This document shows, one piece after another, positions 27,215-40,810 of a stretch of DNA of 64,000 bases (within the stretch, counting starts at the first letter, position 1; each line of letters opens with the position of its first letter). The notes under the pieces are model-generated. The model was not told the origin of the DNA. It worked only from the letters and a program-made list of their open reading frames with translations, and did not search any database. The stretch lies in NCBI GenBank assembly GCA_964016885.1, contig OZ024750.1:4712001-4776000 (forward strand), written 5' to 3'. Both the position numbers and the translations under genes were made by a program. Source of the DNA: Eledone cirrhosa. Lineage: Eukaryota.

Positions 27215-27503
27215 GGATAGAATGTAGTGTACGGGAGAGGAGACTGAGGTGGTATGGACATGTGATGCGCATGGAGGATGACCGATGGGTGAAGAAGTGC
27301 CAGGAATTGCCAGTTGAAGGAAGATGTGGTAGAGGTAGACCACGAAAAACATGGGCGGAGGTGGTGAGAACAGACCTCAGATCATTGAAGCTCACGGTGG
27401 AGATGAATAGGGACCGTGACGAGTGGAGAGATGCTGTGCTGAATAAGACCCGTCCCACCCTTGCAAGCAGGGAAAAGCGGACGTAAAATGATGATGATGA
27501 TGA
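27208..27503 (+). mobile_element. 5'-truncated RTE LINE 3' end
   Basis: RRLRWYGHVMRM...GRGRPRKTW...WR peptide, (GAT)n tail, (TA)n on both flanks. Confidence 0.92.
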
Positions 27504-28993
27504 TATATATATATATATATATATAAGTTATCCCCCATTTCTATATTAAATATATATATATATAAGGCTTTGCATAGGACCAATCCTACTCCCCAAACAA
27601 TGGTGACAGGTATTCAAAAAGAACAGCTCAACATCATTGGCTGCCATTTAGTAAAAGGTTTTACATCTGTGTTTTCTTTCTCTTCAAATATTGTCCTAAC
27701 AAAGGCCAGGAGGTCTCTCCCTCCCAGTGGGTCTCTCCCTCCCAGTGGGCTAACTGCATCAAACTGAGTATTTCCATATCCCTGCACATATATACACACC
27801 ACACCACACACACACATACTATGTACATATAGATACATACATGTATGCATATATATATACATACACGAAATGCATAAAAATGTTATCAAATCATTGAAAT
27901 ATATAAAAATACTGAAATTGAGTTATTGAAAGCAAATTGACCAATAAACAAAACAAAATCGATTAACGAAGTAATCAATAAATCAATAAATAATAATACA
28001 ATAGAAAACCAAATGTTTGGCAGCTATTAGTAACCAATTTTCGCTTCGTTTCCTTTGGTAGTTCAACTTTGATGACAATTATTTTAGCAAACATTACTGA
28101 CGTTAAATTTTCAATGGATGTCCTTTGTTCTCAACAGTTTTTAATGTCGTCTGCTACTGGCGTCGTTGTTATTGAAGGATTGTGGTGGTGGTGGTGGTGG
28201 TGATGGTGTGGGAGAGGAGGATTGAATCCTTTTACAATCCACAAGGGGACAGATGGTCATAGCTTTACTGTGGCTTACTGTAGAATTATGTAGGTGGTTG
28301 TGGTGATGGTGGTTCTAATGGTGTTAGTGATGATGATGATGGTGGTGGTAGTGGTCTTGGTGATGGTAGTGGCAATATCAATGATAATGGTGGTGGCGAT
28401 GACAATGATAATGGTGGTGGTGGTGGTGGTGGTGGTGGTGGTAATAGTGGTAGTTATGGTGAAGGTGGTGATGATGATGATGGTGGTGGTGATAGTGGAG
28501 GTGGTATTGGTGATGGTGGTGATGGTGGTGGTGGGGATGACGATGATGATGGGGGAATCTCCCTACAGTATTGTTATATCAGCATGTATTGAATAATGGT
28601 AAAGTAACAGTCCCAGCAGACCTGGGAACTGTACCATTAACACTCCCAGCAGACCTGGGAACCCTACAATTCAACAGGCTAAGCTGATGTATGTAGAACT
28701 GACATACTTGTATAACACCAAAAGGCACTGAATTGCCTAATGATGTTGTTGTTAGTATTGTTGTTGTCGTTGTCATTGTTTAGCTATGAGTTGATGATGT
28801 TAGTATTGTTGTTGTTAATGTTGTTGTTGTTTAGCTAAACGGTGATGATGTTAGTCTTGTTGTTGTTGTTGTTGTTTATCTCCCGCTAAGTCCTGATACA
28901 GCAGAACTATGATCAAAGATGTCCCAATTTTGATCAATCCTTTGTTTCTCTTGTCCAAGACTACATTATCCGATGTATTCTTCCTTTCTTTAA

Positions 28994-29213
28994 CCCTTTA
29001 GCATTTAAACCGGCCATATCCGGCCAGAATTCTCTCACCTCTTTCTGTTCAAACCAGCCGTAACTGACCACTCATACTAATGTTTAGGGTATTGTTCTCA
29101 AAATAATTAATATCAAAACCACAGATTCGATATTATGTGAAATAATTGTGTAAGATAAAGCCTTTACCATAAAAATACAATAGTAAATATAGAGTAATGT
29201 AAATGCTAAAGGG
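28994..29213. mobile_element. piggyBac-type MITE family A
   Basis: TTAA-CCCTTTAGCATTTA ... TAAATGCTAAAGGG-TTAA: 14-bp TIRs with TTAA target duplication. Confidence 0.9.
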
Positions 29214-29324
29214 TTAACCCTTTCTTTACCATATTTCTAATAAACTATGCTACTTATATGTTTCAAATAATTTTGGAAATAACTTAGAATTTAAGATGTA
29301 TTGGAAAAATGGATATAAAATCAT

Positions 29325-29560
29325 CTGTCCTGTAGTCTGGTGGACCTTTGGGGTGCTCCAGCTGACCTGACAACCAGCTCCTTACATTCCTTTCACCTCT
29401 CTACCTTTCTCATAGTGGTACCCAGTTTTATGCCTGTCTATTCCAACATACCCCCCCCCCCCATCTCTTTCTTTGTCTGTTTCTCTTCCTCCCTCCTTGA
29501 ACTGTTCCCTGTGACAGTCTTGGCAAGCCCTTGTCAACGTGCCAGTACCATCTCCTACCA
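29325..29560 (-). mobile_element. Degraded RTE-like 3' remnant
   Basis: Minus strand resembles the QG.V.G.R.RGR...W C-terminal region, with frameshifts. Confidence 0.45.
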
Positions 29561-29884
29561 ATTGTTAACTCTTAACATTCTGTAATAATTAAGCAGAAAA
29601 TATCTAAAAATAGGTTTTTTAATTCAAATGTGATGCAGTCATAAGTGTTGTTTTGTACCTTTCAAGAAAGTTTAGCTAATGTCGTTTCAAATGTTTATAA
29701 AATCTTTACTAGTGGACAGATCATGTGAACATCTTAAGACTAAAATCTTTAATATCTAATGTGATGCAATCATAGTGTTGTTTTGTACTCTCACACACAC
29801 TTGCTCTCTCTCTCTCACACACACACTCACACTTTCTCTCTCTCACACACACACTTGCTTTCTCCCAAACACTCCCACTCCCAC

Positions 29885-29916
<32 letters not shown>

Positions 29917-30302
29917 AGTAATGTTGACACTCAGTATTGAGAGTGAAGCAATCAATACCTTACCTAATACAGGTGTGATACACTGAGTCACAAATCAACA
30001 GAACCGCTCAACCATTAAATCACTCAACCTATAAACCAGTAAACCGGTTAACCTATAAACCAATCAACCATTAAACTAGTAAACTTATAAACCAGTCAAC
30101 CTATAAACCATTAAACCAGTCAACCTATAAACTGTCAAATCTATTAAACTAATAGACACATGGGAGCCCAACAAGAAAGCTATGTAGTGACTTGATTTTA
30201 TCTAAAGGGTTAAACCGAATGCCTTAATGATTCTACCAATTCATTACCTATAAAAAATTGAAAACCTTAATTTATCCATTTCATATGAGTTAAATGTTTT
30301 AC

Positions 30303-30515
30303 ACAGTAATGTGACAGTGTGTAATATAGAGAGGTTGTTGTGTAGTAAGGTGACAGTGTGTAATATAGAGAGGTTGTTGTGTAGTAAGGTGACAGTGTGT
30401 AATATAGAGAGTTGTTGTGTAGTAAGGTGACAGTATGTAATATAGAGAGGTTGTTGTGTAGTAAGGTGACAGTGTGTAATATAGAGAGAGGACATTGTGT
30501 ATGTAACAAGGTGAC
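30303..30515. repeat. 39-bp tandem repeat (aaggtgacagtgtgtaatatagagaggttgttgtgtagt)
   Basis: About five copies. Confidence 0.9.
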
Positions 30516-30725
30516 AAATGTCTGTTCACCTCACAAAACAATTCATTCAATCTTTGGTGGGAGGGAAAAACATTAAATAGATTGAGTCATTAAGGTAAAC
30601 CTGTTGGACAAGTTTCTAACAGACAAATCATTTACAGTTTCTACTGGTCATCTGGACTGACAGACAGACAGACAGACAGACAGATGGATGGGGGGGGACA
30701 CATAAAGGTATAATATTTAAGAGAT

Positions 30726-30809
<84 letters not shown>

Positions 30810-30875
30810 CGTGTCTGTATCTCTATATTATTGCAAACTGTTTTTCAATACATGTGCACATGCACACGTGTGCAC

Positions 30876-30921
<46 letters not shown>

Positions 30922-31509
30922 CTCTCTCTCTCTCCCCCCCTCTCTCTCTCTCTCTCTCACACACAATATTAACAAAATAATCAACATTAATTGTTTTCAC
31001 TCTAACATTTATATATTGTTAGTTGTTATGGTGGTGGTGTAGTGGGGATTTGGTGGGGTGGGGGTTGTGGTGGTGTAGTGGGGATGGGGATGTAGTGGGG
31101 GCTGTGATGGTGCTGTAGTGGGGGTGGGGATGTAGTGGAGGTTGTGATGGTGGTGTAGTGGCAGTGGCGGTGGTGGTGATGTAATGTCCCCATGTCTGTG
31201 TCCCTTAACTTAGTGGCTCAACAAAAACAAAAAAAAGATGGGGTCAGTCAATAAAATAAGTACCAGGGGTGACTAAACCCCTTTCAGTGTGGTGCCCCAG
31301 CATGGCCATAGTCTAATGACTGAAAGCATTAAAATAAAAAGAATGTAACTAAATAAGACCCCAATTAGTACTATGTATTTAACCCAATTCCCAATCCCGT
31401 CAGCCATCTCAGCTCCCCTTAATATTATCTATAGTATTGATTATATATATTGTTATGTATGTATTTACATAAGGGCTAAATATATTAGTTAGTGTACCTC
31501 ATGCACTCT

Positions 31510-31544
<35 letters not shown>

Positions 31545-31583
31545 TTTCAGTCTTTCGTGCTCTCATTCTCAATTCTCTTTGAG

Positions 31584-31626
<43 letters not shown>

Positions 31627-31628
<2 letters not shown>

Positions 31629-31820
31629 CCTGGGTTCGATCGGGGGGTAACGACAGTAAGTAAAGTACTCAATACATAGTAGAGTATATAATGTTTAATA
31701 TAGAAATGGCTTTTACAGGAATAGAAATGTTTCATTTGAAGGAAATCATCAGGAAAGCTGTGATGATTTCCTTCGAATGAAACAGTTTTAGTCCTGTAGA
31801 AGCCATTTCTATATTAAACA
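31627..31820. mobile_element. Palindromic hammerhead-bearing short element (family of 56976-57150)
   Basis: Inverted arms about 31690-31820; the minus arm reads CUGAUGA-uuuccuucaaau-GAAA...cugUA-aaagc. Confidence 0.65.
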
Positions 31821-31989
31821 ATATATATATGAAAAAAGTCAGGATCCCGATGGCTGAGCTCTGGCTGTTTCAACAGATAGATTCGAATCGGGGTCCTGAC
31901 TCTTTTCCTATTACCCACTCTACTACCCTAAGTATCGAGTACTCTGGTGCGTTATGGTCCACCTGGTTCCTTACCACACTTTCTTTGTT

Positions 31990-32012
<23 letters not shown>

Positions 32013-32020
<8 letters not shown>

Positions 32021-32221
32021 TAAAATAACAGATTAAAGTTTAAGCAAAAAATCGCTGCTTTCACCCTTAATGAAGAAGACCCCGTTAAGGTTGAAAGCAG
32101 CGATTCTTTGCTTAAACTTTAATCTGTTATTTTAATAAATATTTGCTCTACGGTTCTTATATATTTGATATATATTTATCCTTATCGAGCCCTCTTTGGA
32201 TTTTAATCTTCAAATTTATTA

Positions 32222-32225
<4 letters not shown>
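32013..32225 (+). mobile_element. Palindromic Penelope-like element (UGAAGA...GAAAgcagc)
   Basis: About 55-bp inverted arms 32013-32142, AATAAA in the tail, (TA)n flanks; related piece at about 56845-56905. Confidence 0.55.
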
Positions 32226-32278
<53 letters not shown>

Positions 32279-32867
32279 GGGTGGCACAAAAGTCACACAC
32301 CACCCTGTCAATTTATGAACATTTATCACATTAATTTTTAGAAAAAAGTCAGACAGGGTACTTTGCAGTAAATCATTTGGTTCTATGTTTTCTGAGTTCA
32401 AATCTTGCCCCTTTTGCCATCAATTGCAACCAACAGATAACATCAGCAATGGAAGGTTGAATGGAAACACAGTTTCATTGATCTGATCTGATTGGCTCGG
32501 CTCCTTTCTTCTGACATTAACAGATAATATCAAAAATGGAAAGACCAATGGAAACAGTTTCCTTGAGTCTGTTCTAAAGATCAGCTCCTTTTCTTTCCAA
32601 TTTAGGAAAGGTTTATATCTCTGACACTCCTTACAATATCCCTGAACATCTATGAAGACATATGAAGTCTTCTGTCTTGTCACTCTGTCTGTTATCCCAC
32701 TACATCTCTTCTGTAACTAACACCTACATTGTGTCTATTCTGTACAGTTTCTGTCTACCCTTTTTTTTAACATATCAAACAGGGCCACGTCCCTGGTGAG
32801 ATCAGGGTTCTGTCTTCTTTCCTAGTGTGTGTGTGTGTGTGAATGTTTGCATATATTTACGTGTGTT

Positions 32868-32914
<47 letters not shown>

Positions 32915-33123
32915 TTGTATATGTGTGTGTGTGTGTTTGTATATGTGTGTGTGTGTGTTTGTATATATGTGCGTGTGTGTTTGTATATATATGTACGTGT
33001 GTGTTTATATATATAAAACGGGTGTTAAATGACAATATATATATTTATGTAGGAATAATATTATTCAATATTTGGATATGGATATGGATATATCAATAAT
33101 ATATATATATATATATATATTAT

Positions 33124-33207
<84 letters not shown>

Positions 33208-33534
33208 ATATATATATATATATATATATCAATAATATATATATATATGTATGTTTATGCACTTTGAAGTTTAGTTCATTGTTATGAGATGTAAAACCAG
33301 GCTATTTGAAAATTATGAGTCAACCATTTTCTCTCTCACCCCCTCTTACTCTCTTTATTCATCCTCCTCACTCTCTCAACTCACCCCTCTCTCTCTCAAC
33401 TCACCCTTTCTCTCTCGATTCACCCCCACTCTCCTCTTTGTATGTCCTCTGTTTCTCCTCTGTACTTTTTTTATGCTCTCTGTTCCACTTCTCTTTGATT
33501 CTCCCTCTATCTCCCTACTCACCTCATTTCCCTG

Positions 33535-33588
<54 letters not shown>

Positions 33589-33672
33589 CAACAACCCAGT
33601 TTTCAACAAGTTTTGTAACCTGTGTGAACATTTCTTATATAAACTATGGATTAAATGTATATTTGTGCATGT

Positions 33673-33716
<44 letters not shown>

Positions 33717-33791
33717 GTATGTATGTATGTGTTTGTGTGTATATATATATATGTATGTATGTATGTATGTGTGTGTTTGTATATATATATA

Positions 33792-33842
<51 letters not shown>

Positions 33843-34266
33843 GTATGTATGTGTGTTTGTATATATATATATATGTATATATATATATGTATATATATAT
33901 ATGTATGTGTGTTTGTGTATATATATATATATGACTATATATGTGTTTGTATGTGTGTGTATGTATATATATGTTTGTATATATATATACACACACATTG
34001 TTGTAGACATGGGGTGGAGGATGCTACATGAGAGAAGTTTCTGTCTTGTTGTTGTTGTTGTTGTTAACATGGAATGTCGTGGCCCACCTACAGTGTAAAG
34101 ATGAAAGGATATTGTGTTAGGGGTGGGGATGAGGGGGGTAGGAATATTGGTGAGGGTGGGGTACCGTAAGTGTTTGTGATGTTGTGATGTATGTGGTGGT
34201 GATGGTAGTGGTGGTGGTGGTGGATTGTCAATGATGTTGTGTGCTTTTATACCAGTTATATATATA

Positions 34267-34336
<70 letters not shown>

Positions 34337-34337
34337 G

Positions 34338-34370
<33 letters not shown>

Positions 34371-34544
34371 ATTGCAAGCTAAGAAAGTCATTTGTAAGAA
34401 AAAAATATTTTAAGAATTGAAATATTTAGTGTCTATAAAAAAACAACATAAAATGATGGAAAGTGTTTCTGGTGGGACCCAGTAGCATTTAGGGTCGTCA
34501 CAGACATTGTCTCATTGGTGTTATTGTCATCATTGTCACCATCA

Positions 34545-35660
34545 CCTTATCATCATCATAATCACCACTACCACCACCATCATCACCACTACCACCACCA
34601 CCATCACCACCACTACCACCACCATCATCACCACTACCACCACCACCATCATCACCACTACCACCACCACCATCACCACCACTACCACCACCATCATCAC
34701 TACTACCACCATCATCACTACCACCACCATCACCACTACCACCACCATCATCACTACCACCACCATCATCACTACCACCACCATCACCACTACCACCACC
34801 ATCACCACCACTACCACCACCATCATCACTACCACCACCATCATCACTACCACCACCATCACCACTACCACCACCATCACCACTACCACCACCATCACCA
34901 CCACCACCATCATCACCACTACCACCACCATCACCACTGCCATCACCATCATCACTACCACCACCATCATCACTACCACCACCATCACCACTACCACCAC
35001 CATCACCACCACCACCATCATCACCACTACCGCCACCATCATCACTGCCATCACCATCATCACCACCACCACCATCATCACTACCACCACCATCATCACT
35101 ACCACCACCATCACCACCACCACCACCATCACCACTACCACCACCATCACTACTACCACCACCATCATCACTACCACCACCATCACCACCACTACCACCA
35201 TCATCACCACTACCACCACCATCACCACTACCAACACCATCATCACCACCACCACCAACATCACCACCACTACCACCACCATCACCACCACTACCACCGT
35301 CATCACCACTACCACCACCATCACCACTACCACCGTCATCACCACTACCAACACCATCATCACCACCACCACCAACATCACCACCACTACCACCACCATC
35401 ATCACCACTACCACCACCATCACCACTACCACCACTATCACCACTACCACCACCATCACCACTACCACCACCATCATCACCACTACCACCACCATCACCA
35501 CCACCACCGTCATCACTGCCACCACCACCACCATCATCACTACCACCACCACCGTCTTCACTACTACCACCACCATCACCACTATTACTACCACCATCAG
35601 CATCACCACCATCAAACCCACACCGCCATCACAGTCACAACCACCACCACCATAACCATC
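34545..35660. repeat. Long (CAC/CAT/TAC)n compound microsatellite
   Basis: Direct inspection; open in several frames on both strands. Confidence 0.92.
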
Positions 35661-36269
35661 GTCTCCGTCACCACAATGAACCCCCCTCCACCACCACCAC
35701 TATACCGAGATATACATGAAGTAATGTTTGGTTAGAAGCAGTTTCTCTGTTCTCGGGATCAAAGAGCCTTAAAGAGAGGGGGGGGGGGGGGTAGTGTGGG
35801 AGGGAGTTGGACATTTTGGAAGGGATTCAATAATGGAAGATTGTTCTCTGTGTGTGTCAGTTTATGTGTGTGTGTGTGTGTGTGTATGTCTGTGTGTGTA
35901 TGTCTGTGTGTGTGTGTATGTAGTATGATTGATTACTTAAGTTCATGTGTGTATATATGTGTGTGTGTATGTGTGGGTATGTATGCATATGTTTGTGTGT
36001 ATGTATGTGTGATCATGTGTATGCATATGTGTCTATGTATATGTGTGTGTGAGTATATATGTGTGTATGTGTTTGTGTAAATGTGTGTGTGTTTGTGTAA
36101 ATGTATGTGAGTATATGTGTGAGTATGTATGTATGTGTGTGTATGTCATAGATGTAGAATGGCTGAATAGTGAAGTAATTCTCTTTGCAATCATTAAACC
36201 CTTGGTTCAATCCCACATGATGGCATGTTGGGCAGCAAGTGTAATTTATCATAGTGTGTATATAGCAGG

Positions 36270-36274
<5 letters not shown>

Positions 36275-36324
<50 letters not shown>

Positions 36325-38013
36325 TGAAATTATTGTGTAAAGTGCTCAGGTGTACTACAACTCGTCAAAGGTGCATGTAGAGTACATAGAATAATATACA
36401 AATGTCAGGGAAGTGAATAATGTATGATTCATGATATACATGTGTGTATGTGTATGGAGGGAGAATATTAGGTGTAGTGTTGGCGAATCTCAGAAGCATG
36501 GAGGTTTTAAAGGATGCAGTGTCTCGACAGCTAACAACTGATGCAGGTAGTTTGTTCCATGGAGGTTTTAAAGGACGCAGTGTCTCGACAGCTAACAACT
36601 GATGCAGGTAGTTTGTTCCATGGAGGTTTTAAAGGATGCAGTGTCTCGACAGCTAACAGCTGATGCAGGTAGTTTGTTCCATGGAGGTTTTAAAGGATGC
36701 AGTGTCTCGACAGCTAACAACTGATGCAGGTAGTTTGTTCCATGGAGGTTTTAAAGGATGCAGTGTCTCGACAGCTAACAACTGATGCAGGTAGTTTGTT
36801 CCATGGAGGTTTTAAAGGATGCAGTGTCTCGACAGCTAACAACTGATGCAGGTAGTTTGTTCCATGGAGGTTTTAAAGGATGCAGTGTCTCGACAGCTAA
36901 CAGCTGATGCAGGTAGTTTGTTCCATGGAGGTTTTAAAGGATGCAGTGTCTCGACAGCTAACAGCTGATGCAGGTAGTTTGTTCCATGGAGGTTTTAAAG
37001 GATGCAGTGTCTCGACAGCTAACAACTGATGCAGGTAGTTTGTTCCATGGAGGTTTTAAAGGATGCAGTGTCTCGACAGCTAACAACTGATGCAGGTAGT
37101 TTGTTCCATGGAGGTTTTAAAGGATGCAGTGTCTCGACAGCTAACAGCTGATGCAGGTAGTTTGTTCCATGGAGGTTTTAAAGGATGCAGTGTCTCGACA
37201 GCTAACAGCTGATGCAGGTAGTTTGTTCCATGGAGGTTTTAAAGGATGCAGTGTCTCGACAGCTAACAACTGATGCAGGTAGTTTGTTCCATGGAGGTTT
37301 TAAAGGATGCAGTGTCTCGACAGCTAACAACTGATGCAGGTAGTTTGTTCCATGGAGGTTTTAAAGGATGCAGTGTCTCGACAGCTAACAATTGATGAAG
37401 GTAGTTTGTTCCATGGAGGTTTTAAAGGATGCAATGTATCGACAACTAACAATTGATGAAGGTAGTTTGTTCCATGGAGATTTTAAAGGATGCAGTGTTT
37501 CAACAACTAACAACTGATGCAGGTAGTTCCATGCTTCAGCAAATCTGAGCGTGAAAAAATGTTTCCGAAAGTCATGGGAACTGTGCTGTTTTCTGACTTT
37601 GTGAGCAAGCCCACATTATTTAGACACATGGAAATCAAAAAGGTACTCAGGGTTGTTGTTGGAAAGATGATTAATAATTTTGTGGGTGTTTACCAAGTCA
37701 GTTGCCAGACGTCGGAGCTTCAATGTATCCATGCCCAGGGAAGCAAGGCATTCAGAGTATGGTAGATGCCTGATGGTGGGTATTCGCTTGGTTACACGTC
37801 TCTGAACAGTTTCCAGGTGGTCAATGTTCTGAGAAAGATAGGGGTTCCGGACTGGTGATGCAAATTCTAAGTGTGGCCGCACCATAGCTATATACAGCTT
37901 TAAATAGATAGCTGGAGAGCAGCTGACAAAGGTCTTGCTGAGTGTTGCCAAGACACCCTCGGCCTTCTTGGTAATTTTAGAGACGTGCTTCGTCCAATGC
38001 AAATTGCTGCTGA
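36275..38013 (-). mobile_element. 5'-truncated CR1-clade LINE with (ATT)n tail
   Basis: LYIAMVRPHLEFASPVRNP...LETVQRRVTKRIP and WNKLP motifs typical of the CR1/L2 ORF2 C-terminus; (aat)n at 36275-36321; 5' end abuts (TA)n. Confidence 0.9.
36497..37533. repeat. 17 x 61-bp tandem array amplified inside the CR1 element
   Basis: Unit catggaggttttaaaggatgcagtgtctcgacagctaacaactgatgcaggtagtttgttc; near-identical copies, no spacers. Confidence 0.95.
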
Positions 38014-38041
38014 CTATATATATATATATATATTTACTTTA

Positions 38042-38126
<85 letters not shown>

Positions 38127-38320
38127 ATATATAATACATCGGGTAATATACAATATTACCCTTATCTTATTTATAATTCTATATATAAGTATAAATATAT
38201 ATATATATATATATACACACACACCCTGTGTATATAGTATATATACCATGTGTATATAGTGTATATATGAGTTGTGAAGACCCTGATTCCCAGCTGTGTT
38301 GGCCTTTGTCTTTGCCTCAG

Positions 38321-38590
38321 ACAAAACACCTTACTCAGGATTGCATGCATGGGTGACAGCTGCCCTTCCACAAAACACCTTACCCAGGATTGCATGCATG
38401 GGTGACAGCTGCCCTTCCACAAAACACCTTACCCAGGATTGCATGCATGGGTGACAGCTGCCCTTCCACAAAACACCTTACCCAGGATGCATGCATGGGG
38501 CACTGCTGGGTTTCCACAAAACACCTTACCTAGACTTACATGCATGGGTGACTGCTGGTCTTCCACAAAGCACTGTGCCCAGGATTGCAC
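38321..38590. repeat. 49-bp tandem repeat (acaaaacaccttacccaggattgcatgcatgggtgacagctgcccttcc)
   Basis: About 5.5 copies, diverging rightwards. Confidence 0.88.
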
Positions 38591-39277
38591 CTTGGTGGGC
38601 AAGCCCAAGGTTAGTCTTGACCAAAGGAGGCGTTTTCCATTCCTATACCGTCCAGATATTTACCTTGGTACCAAGCTAGGGCAAGAAAAGATCAGTTCAA
38701 ATCCATCTGATGGAGAAATAGTTTATTTTCTTGCTGGGATCAAACTACCAATATATTATTGATCTTTGAATAACAATTGATGTATTGATGTTGCATAAAC
38801 ATAAGTACAACATGTATAACTGCATCAGAATATATTGGTTTCATCTGGTGAGTCATCTAGAAATATTGATGGTGTTGTTGTTAGGGCTGTTGTTGATGTT
38901 GTTGGTGATGGTGGTGGTGATGATGATGATGTTGGTGTTGGTGGTGGTGGTGGTGGTGGTGGTAATGTTAGTGGTCTTAGTGATGGTGGTGGTGTTAGTG
39001 TTGGTGGTGGTGGTGGTGGTTGTGTTGTTGGTGTTGTTGGTGGTGGTGGTAATATTAGTGGTGTTGGTGATGGTGGTGGTGGTGGTGGTGGTGGTGTTAG
39101 TGTTTATGATGTTATTGTTATTGATGGTGATGTTGGTGTTGTCTTGTTGTTGGTAGTGGTGCATGTGTTGGTGGTAGTGGCGTTGGTGCAGAGCTGACGT
39201 GAGGTATATTCTAAAACAGGCTATATGTATATATATATGATGATGATGTTGATATGTGGTGTATATAATATATATAT

Positions 39278-39312
<35 letters not shown>

Positions 39313-39394
39313 CATCATCGTTTAACGTCCATTTTCCACGCTAATAGTTTCTACAGCTGGCGGCCCTTCCTAACACTACATATTTTACAGAATG

Positions 39395-39737
39395 TGTTTG
39401 TGAAATAGGGGTGAGGTCAGTTTGTGGAATAGGGGTTGAGGTGTTTGTGAAATAGGGACTGAGGTCAGTTTGTGAAATAGAGGGCACAGGTTTTTGTGAA
39501 ATAGGGGGTTGAGGTGTTTGTGGAATAGGGGTTGAGGTGTTTGTGAAATAGGGGTTGAGGTGTTTGTGAAATAGAGGGCTCAGGTGTTTGTGAAATAGGG
39601 GTTGAGGTTAGTTTGTAAAATAGAGGGCTCAGATGTTTGTGAAATAGAGGGCTCAGGTGTTTGTGGAATAGGGGTTCAGGTCAGTTTGTGAAATAGAGGG
39701 CTCAGGTGTTTGTGAAATAGGGGTTAAGGTGTTTGTT
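39395..39737. repeat. ~21-24-bp minisatellite (tttgtgaaataggggttgaggtg)
   Basis: Direct inspection. Confidence 0.88.
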
Positions 39738-40510
39738 TCACTCCTCTATTTATACCCCCCCCCCCCCCCCCCCCTTATCTCCCACATTATACCCCTTCCC
39801 CTTCTCATCCTTTCCTTTTGTCTAATCTGAAAACATTTCAGGCTCACATCATGTCACCAAGGTAACACAACCTTCAGCAGTCACATCCTTCTAATACACC
39901 CCCCTCCCCCCAATGTTAATCCAGTCTAACCCCAACTGTCTTTATCTCCCTCTCTCTTCCCTCTCCCTCACTCTGTTTCTCACCCCCCTCCTCTCTCTCC
40001 TCACCACTAAACTACAGATAATCCACTAAATGAATTATATATGTTCCTTCTTGTAGTTGCTGTTGCTACTGTTGTTGTTGCTGTTGTGGTTGTCATCGGC
40101 ATCATCACCAACACCACCACCACAATTATCATCACCAACACTACCATCATCATCACTACAATCATCACTATCATCACCATCACCACCACTACAACTATCA
40201 TCATCATCACCACCATAATATCAGGCTGTCATGCTGAGACATGGCATGTCTAGATCTATAGTATGCTATATTACCACACACAATAAAGTATAGTCGAACA
40301 TGTGGCTATGCTGTGATACACATCATAGCCACACAACTCTCCATCTCACTTAACTTTTGAAAATCATCAAACTGTGAAACCAGTTAAATTATTGTAACTA
40401 AATCTTTTTAAAATGGTCCAATTGTATTTTCAACTTTGTTTTCGCATATTTTTACCCATGTTGAATAGAAAAAAACAAACAAATATATACATATATATAT
40501 ATATATAAAA

Positions 40511-40750
40511 TCATCATCATCATTTTACGTCCGCTTTTCCTTGCTTGCAAGGGTGGTTCCTTTTCAGCACAGCTTTTCATCACGGTTCTTCGTCATCTCC
40601 TCTTTGAGCTTCAGCAATCTGAGGTCAGCTCTCACCACCTCTGCTCATGTTTTTCGTGGTCTTCCTTCCACCAAGATTTCTTGGCACTACTTCACCTAGC
40701 GGTCATCTTCCATGTGCATCACATGTCCATACCAACGCAGTCTTCTCTCT
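40511..40750 (-). mobile_element. Degraded RTE 3' end (family of 27208-27503)
   Basis: Minus strand has ctgcgttggtatggacatgtgatgc (LRWYGHVM) and the shared tail. Confidence 0.8.
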
Positions 40751-40810
40751 CTCTCTATATATCATCGTTTTAATGGCTGCTTTCCCTGCTAGCTATATAT
40801 ATATATATAA

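Noticed and set aside
30525-30660. Possible minus-strand exon with AG/GT boundaries
   Set aside because: Stops in all three frames.
32420-32683. 87-aa minus-strand ORF in apparently unique sequence
   Set aside because: Contains two degenerate copies of a segment also present in the SINE at about 55921-55960; no recognisable protein or exon boundaries.
34507-35735. His-rich/Thr-rich 380-400 aa ORFs (possible His-rich structural protein or mucin)
   Set aside because: Pure CAC/CAT/TAC microsatellite open in several frames and strands; no signal peptide or splice context.
36497-37533. Regular array resembling CRISPR
   Set aside because: Units are contiguous with no unique spacers, there are no cas genes, the context is eukaryotic, and the unit is CR1 coding sequence.
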